A stretch of 63,713 bases of DNA, the filler included, from Stramenopiles sp. TOSAG23-2 (taxonomy: Eukaryota): NCBI GenBank assembly GCA_900128395.1. It is 14 parts of 14 records of this genome, joined end to end, with 100 filler letters (N's around TTAATTAATTAA, not from the genome) between each part and the next. Parts side by side here need not be neighbours in the genome. Positions count along the whole stretch, not along the records: positions 56,124 to 61,097 come from LT650761.1; positions 61,198 to 62,405 come from LT653463.1; positions 62,506 to 63,713 come from LT653464.1; 11 more parts are not named here. One strand, 5' to 3'. Under the pieces are notes generated by a model that was not told where the DNA came from, ran no database searches, and saw only the letters and a program-made list of their open reading frames with translations. This document shows positions 58,900-63,713 of the stretch, piece by piece (within the stretch, counting starts at the first letter, position 1; each line of letters starts with the position of its first letter). The position numbers were made by a program, and so were the translations under genes.

Positions 58900-61095
58900 C
58901 TAATTCCATGGCAGTTTACCAATTACCTGAAATTCCAAAACATTCCATCGTAATTCCTCAGCTTCTTCATCCCAATTTCGTTGCATAGCTGCATAGTAAA
59001 AATTGTTTGAAACTTGATCATCACTTCCTTCCACGATTTCGCCTTTATTATTACGTACACAATCTAATTGTTGCGCATTAAATTTAACTACCAAAATAGG
59101 TGGCGCCCTTTGTAAAACTCGTGCTGCTAATAACTCTACACCACGTAAATCTAATATATTATTATCAGGTATTTTTCCTGCTAATTTATTATCTTTATTA
59201 GTAGCTTTAATGACAGCGGCAGCTTGATCAACACAATAATAATCAATAATCTCATTATCACCTTCTAAATAACCTTTCAATAATGCAGGTGCAATTTCAT
59301 CCTGGACTTCTTCCAACCATTCCAATAAATCCCATGATGGATCCAACCGTCTTAATTCTTTCATAGCTTGTCCTTGTTCAGTCTCGCCAGTAAGTCCATC
59401 ATAAGCAGATGCAAAGCGGTATACCCATGGATTTTGACTAGTTTCCCACGTTTCCAATGCATCTTCCCGGAGATTTGACACACGGTCACGCACATTACGA
59501 GTACTTTTACCAAGTTCAGTGTCTTCAAACTGTCTACCAGCAAATTCAGATGCACCTAAAATATCATCAATCAACGGGGCCTTTCGTAGACGTTCACCAA
59601 CACGTTGCCATGCCGTTTCAATATCCCCACGTAATATAATGGCACCACCACCAATTTGCTCTCCATGTGATTTACCACCTGATGCCGTATATGCTTCAAT
59701 CCATTGTAAATAATTTTCCAATTTAACAGTACCTTTAGCATCTGGATCCATAACTTCCAGTGCACCAAGTACTTCAACTCTGTCCTGCGGAATAGCTAAG
59801 TCAGGTCGTCCTTCATGAATTAAATCTACTAAATCATCAAATTGTTCTTCACCTATAACACCATTGCCAGCGGTATCAAACCCGTCAAAATATGCCTTAG
59901 CTTCTGCTTCATCAATTACAGGATATGTATCTTCCGCATCTTCATTATCTTGATCTCCTTCGTTATCATCATTACTAGTTGTATCACTATCATCATCATT
60001 ACCACCAGTTGCTTCGTTATCGCCATCACTGGCACCATATCCTTCCGGCTGTTCCCATGTTGTTTCACCTGATTTAATATTATAATAATATATATCACCA
60101 GATTCTTCGTCCACTGCTTCAGCCCATTCTGCAGCTGCACCACTTTTTGCATTACCACCATCCGCCCCATCTGCATCATCCGGTTCTTCCCCCTGTTCTT
60201 TTTTTATAGCTGCTTCTTTTGCTAAACGTTCTTTCTCTCTTCTAGCATCTCTTCGCTCCGCACGCCTTTCACGCATTTTTTTCCTACTATCACGTTTTGC
60301 TTTACGAGTTTCCTTGTCCGCACCAAATAAATCATCTTTGCCTTCCTTTATGACTTCTTGAAACGTACCAGCTATATTTTGAAAAGATGATGTACTAGTA
60401 ATTTTCTCCGCTTCTTTCTTAGCTTTTTCAGCTGCTTCGAATGCTTTTTTTTTCGCTTCCCGTACGGAATCACTATCTTCCTCTATTTTTTCTGCTTTTT
60501 CATTGATAGTATCAGTAATATTTTTAAATCGCTTGCTAAAAGAATCTTTCATACTTTCTGCTTGTTTATACATATCTTCCGATCTTTTTTTAGCTGCCTC
60601 TGCTGCTTCCGTAGCTTTTTTTTGTGCTTCTTTCGCTGCTTCTTCAGCTTTTTCTTGTGCTACTTTGCTTTGAGGTTTATATTCATTTGCTTTTTTCTCG
60701 GTATCCTCTTTTAACTTTGATAGTTTATCCAAATTTTCTTTCAAATCTTCATTCTTATCTAATTCCTGTTTAATTTCAGAAAATATTGTGGAAAAAAATC
60801 CACCTTCAGCTGGTTTTTCCTCCTCCTCGTCGCTATCTTTCTTTTTATCTTTTTTTTTCGTATCTTCTCTTTGTTTCTCTTCAGTTACAAATGTCCTATT
60901 ATGTATTTTAAATAAAAATGGTTGTTGTTTATGATAATATTGATATTGATGTTTGTATAATTTATTATTACAATTCTCATAGCCTTGTTGAAAATTATTA
61001 TTATTATAATTCTTAATAAAGTCTTTGGATGAAGAAGAAATGCCCTTTGTGAAATTATTATTATTATTATTATTATTATGTGAAGTTGATATATT
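58900..61095 (-). CDS. TIM44: Inverted second copy of the Tim44-like gene
   Basis: Near-identical protein (N>S and K>R within the track ORF). Confidence 0.75.
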   Translation of the reverse strand, partial: NISTSHNNNNNNNNFTKGISSSSKDFIKNYNNNNFQQGYENCNNKLYKHQYQYYHKQQPFLFKIHNRTFVTEEKQREDTKKKDKKKDSDEEEEKPAEGGFFSTIFSEIKQELDKNEDLKENLDKLSKLKEDTEKKANEYKPQSKVAQEKAEEAAKEAQKKATEAAEAAKKRSEDMYKQAESMKDSFSKRFKNITDTINEKAEKIEEDSDSVREAKKKAFEAAEKAKKEAEKITSTSSFQNIAGTFQEVIKEGKDDLFGADKETRKAKRDSRKKMRERRAERRDARREKERLAKEAAIKKEQGEEPDDADGADGGNAKSGAAAEWAEAVDEESGDIYYYNIKSGETTWEQPEGYGASDGDNEATGGNDDDSDTTSNDDNEGDQDNEDAEDTYPVIDEAEAKAYFDGFDTAGNGVIGEEQFDDLVDLIHEGRPDLAIPQDRVEVLGALEVMDPDAKGTVKLENYLQWIEAYTASGGKSHGEQIGGGAIILRGDIETAWQRVGERLRKAPLIDDILGASEFAGRQFEDTELGKSTRNVRDRVSNLREDALETWETSQNPWVYRFASAYDGLTGETEQGQAMKELRRLDPSWDLLEWLEEVQDEIAPALLKGYLEGDNEIIDYYCVDQAAAVIKATNKDNKLAGKIPDNNILDLRGVELLAARVLQRAPPILVVKFNAQQLDCVRNNKGEIVEGSDDQVSNNFYYAAMQRNWDEEAEELRWNVLEFQVIGKLPWN

Positions 61096-61197
61096 ACNNN
61101 NNNNNNNNNNNNNNNNNNNNNNNNNNNNNNNNNNNNNNNNNTTAATTAATTAANNNNNNNNNNNNNNNNNNNNNNNNNNNNNNNNNNNNNNNNNNNN

Positions 61198-62308
61198 TTA
61201 ATGAAAATGCTTTATTTCTTTCCTAATACTTCCACTACCAGTTGCAAAATGATGATTACCAGTAGCACCACCAGTAATAGCTGCTATGATTCCTCGTAAA
61301 CCACCAGCTGCAACTTTTGTTAAGATTGGTCCATTATTAGGTTTAGGTGGACCCACTGCTGTATGTCCTTTCCTACCCTTCTTATTCCCTACTTCATCTA
61401 TCTTAACAATCTTACCATTTTTCTTCGCAATAAATAATTTCAACTTTAAATGCGTTGGTTTTGGTGGATGTGTACCATGATTATCATCATCCATCTTATT
61501 TTTATTATTTCGATTAGGATGATGCTTCTTACTATTATTACTATTTTTGTTCTTTTCCTTTTTATTATTATTATTATTACTATTTTTCTTATTCTTCCTA
61601 TCATTCATATTATGTACATGTTTTTTTTTCTTTACATCATTGACAAAATTTATAGCGTTCACCGCATGTCGTAAATGTCTAACCGTTTTCTTATCATTTG
61701 AATAAACATTAAAATTAGATTCCAATGATTTTACTTTAGGCAATGTTGATGATAACATTTTACGTTCTCCTTCGTGTTTCAATTGAATATTTTCTGTATG
61801 CCTTTTATGCAACAATGGCGTAGCTGGTAATAACCCGGCATTATGATTATTTGGTGATGAGACACCATATGCTATGAAACAAACAAACATAATTGGTGCT
61901 ACAACAAATAATAATGCAGGTGGAATAAATCCAGTTTCAGTTGGCAAAATATTATTCCGGCCGTTATTGTTATTATTTGGATTTTTACGACGTTTCTTTT
62001 TATGCCTTGTAGAAATATTGTTGTTATTCCTATCACTATTACTATGCCCATTGTCACTATTTGCATCTGTATTTGATGAATCGTAATCTGAATCTGTTGT
62101 AACATCAGATGAACTATCATTCATACGCATACCAATATTTGTGCTATTCAATTGTATTGATTTAAATTCTTCAGTTTTCGTATCAATATTTGCCTTGTTG
62201 TTGATGAAGGTTGGGCTTGTCTTACCAGTAGCGCCAACATTAACTTTACCATCCTCTGCTTGTTCTCCTTCAACTTTATCATCAGCTAGTTTACGTTTTT
62301 CACGATTT
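61198..62308 (-). CDS. Low-complexity single-pass membrane protein, partial
   Basis: Hydrophobic segment ALLFVVAPIMFVCFIAYGV; Asn/Lys-rich; upstream boundary uncertain. Confidence 0.5.
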
Positions 62309-62505
62309 CCTATATATATATTTTGTTATCAAATTAGTAAAGATGTTAATAATAATACATGTGTAGTTGTACATAATATGAATTTATGTTAGTTGAATTC
62401 TTTTTNNNNNNNNNNNNNNNNNNNNNNNNNNNNNNNNNNNNNNNNNNNNTTAATTAATTAANNNNNNNNNNNNNNNNNNNNNNNNNNNNNNNNNNNNNNN
62501 NNNNN

Positions 62506-63713
62506 ATTAGTATTGTAACTTCCATATCTTTAGATCATACAAAAATTCTTGGCAATACAGTTGAGGAAATAACAAATGAAAAAGGTGGTATCATAAAACC
62601 AAAAGTTCCAGTTGTTATCGGGCCACGGTGTCAAACCGATTTATTACAAAAAATAGCAAATGAGCAAGATGCAGAATTATATCAAGTAGATGAGAAGAAC
62701 TATGACTTAGACCAACTTGATTTTTGTATTGAAAATGAACAAATAGCCCGCTTGGCATTTAATGTGTTAAAAAATGATGGTAAAATAATAGAATGTGAAC
62801 CAGTGAAAACAAATGAAGCTATGCTATCCTCTCCACCTTGCCGATTTCAATTAGTTGATAGAGATGGCACCACCATTGCTACAGATCTAAGTGATCGCCA
62901 CCCAGATTACTTGCTTGATGTTGCACATAATCCAGATGCAATTCGCTTATTATTTAGTAGGTATAATTCCGTTTTTAATAATACAGGCAAATTAAAAAAG
63001 CCACGTGTTGTCGTTGGTTTTTCTGTCGATAAAGATATTGAAAAATGCTTGAAAAGCATAATGAAATATACGACCATTGATCGAATATACCCTGTTGCGG
63101 CAAATCATCCTAGAGCTATGAATGGGATAGATTTAAAAGATTTGATTTTAAAAATATACAAAAATGAACATGATAATAACAATATGTCACAAATATTAAA
63201 TGAATTCAATAAACGGGTAAATAATGATGGGGACGATACGTATGATATAGGTAAAAATATGGAGTTGGCAAGAATAGATAGCGATAATGAGATCAAGATA
63301 GATCAAGGTGTTGAAAGGTTAGATATTGGACCAATTGTTTTTTGCGGCAGTATATATAGTATGAATGAAGCAATGTCATTTTTAAATGTGCCATTGCCTG
63401 ATGTTGATTCTACAGCTGTTCAAAAAGCATGGGAAGAACGTAAAGTGGGGATGCAAAATGACCCCGATGAAAGTTTTACGGATAAATTTAAAGATTTTTT
63501 CAAAAAATATGATGTAAAAAAAGTTATAAAACAATATGGTATGATTGGTTTTTGTTTCCACACAACCTGTTACTTCACTTCTTTAGGCTGTGTTTATGCT
63601 GCAATGAGCAATGGCTTAGAATTTCCGGAGGCGACTGAATATCTAAGCGAAAACTTAGGTCTGCCCGAAGAAGCTGGAATATTTGCGATAGCATGGGGTG
63701 TCAATGCTTGGCT
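62506..63713 (+). CDS. folC: Folylpolyglutamate/dihydrofolate synthase C-terminal part fused to a FAM210/DUF1279-like domain (open at both ends; missing from the ORF track)
   Basis: My translation from 62506 has no stop: TSISLDHTKILG..EKGGIIKP, PCRFQ, LDVAHNP, DKD, FCGSIY, then KQYGMIGFCFH..SLGCVY..SNG..AGIFAIAW. Confidence 0.85.
   Translation, partial: MSIVTSISLDHTKILGNTVEEITNEKGGIIKPKVPVVIGPRCQTDLLQKIANEQDAELYQVDEKNYDLDQLDFCIENEQIARLAFNVLKNDGKIIECEPVKTNEAMLSSPPCRFQLVDRDGTTIATDLSDRHPDYLLDVAHNPDAIRLLFSRYNSVFNNTGKLKKPRVVVGFSVDKDIEKCLKSIMKYTTIDRIYPVAANHPRAMNGIDLKDLILKIYKNEHDNNNMSQILNEFNKRVNNDGDDTYDIGKNMELARIDSDNEIKIDQGVERLDIGPIVFCGSIYSMNEAMSFLNVPLPDVDSTAVQKAWEERKVGMQNDPDESFTDKFKDFFKKYDVKKVIKQYGMIGFCFHTTCYFTSLGCVYAAMSNGLEFPEATEYLSENLGLPEEAGIFAIAWGVNAW

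Larger units (their letters stand above)
56124..61097. repeat. Whole-contig palindrome: two 2487-bp arms, centre at 58610/58611
   Basis: The right half is the reverse complement of the left, with a few mismatches. Confidence 0.95.

Noticed and set aside
5028-62505. Regularly spaced TTAATTAATTAA palindromes, and gene neighbourhoods across N-runs
   Set aside because: These are artificial linkers between length-sorted contigs. Adjacency across them, such as the virus next to GET3, is meaningless and is not an integration site.

Overview
This is not one locus. The window is 14 unlinked contigs (twelve of about 5 kb, two of about 1.2 kb, in decreasing length) joined by artificial 100-nt N-spacers that contain TTAATTAATTAA. 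The DNA comes from an AT-rich microbial eukaryote: it has GT-AG introns, poly-Asn tracts, and CDC73, GET3, NECAP, Tim44 and mitochondrial ATP synthase epsilon genes. A stramenopile-like protist SAG/MAG is my inference; exact tandem and inverted duplications point to amplification or assembly artefacts. The main discovery is contig 40875-45864, a Polinton-like virus (PLV)/virophage-type morphogenesis module. It carries an A32-like packaging ATPase, a Gly/Ala-rich hydrophobic protein, two tandem divergent capsid-like genes and a 41-bp dyad repeat array. The ATPase's motif lesions, and one variable site in the repeats, look like CpG>TpG/CpA transitions, suggesting a methylated, decaying endogenous virus. 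Contig 5128-10153 is also accessory-like, with tandem hairpin elements and a >943-aa orphan that may be a very divergent tyrosine recombinase. Unusual host protein architectures: a four-pore-loop K+ channel, CobW-Sel1, Tim44 with WW and EF-hand inserts, FolC fused to a FAM210-like domain, and a multipass TM-LRR-LNR receptor-like protein. All calls come from motif reading by eye; no searches were run.
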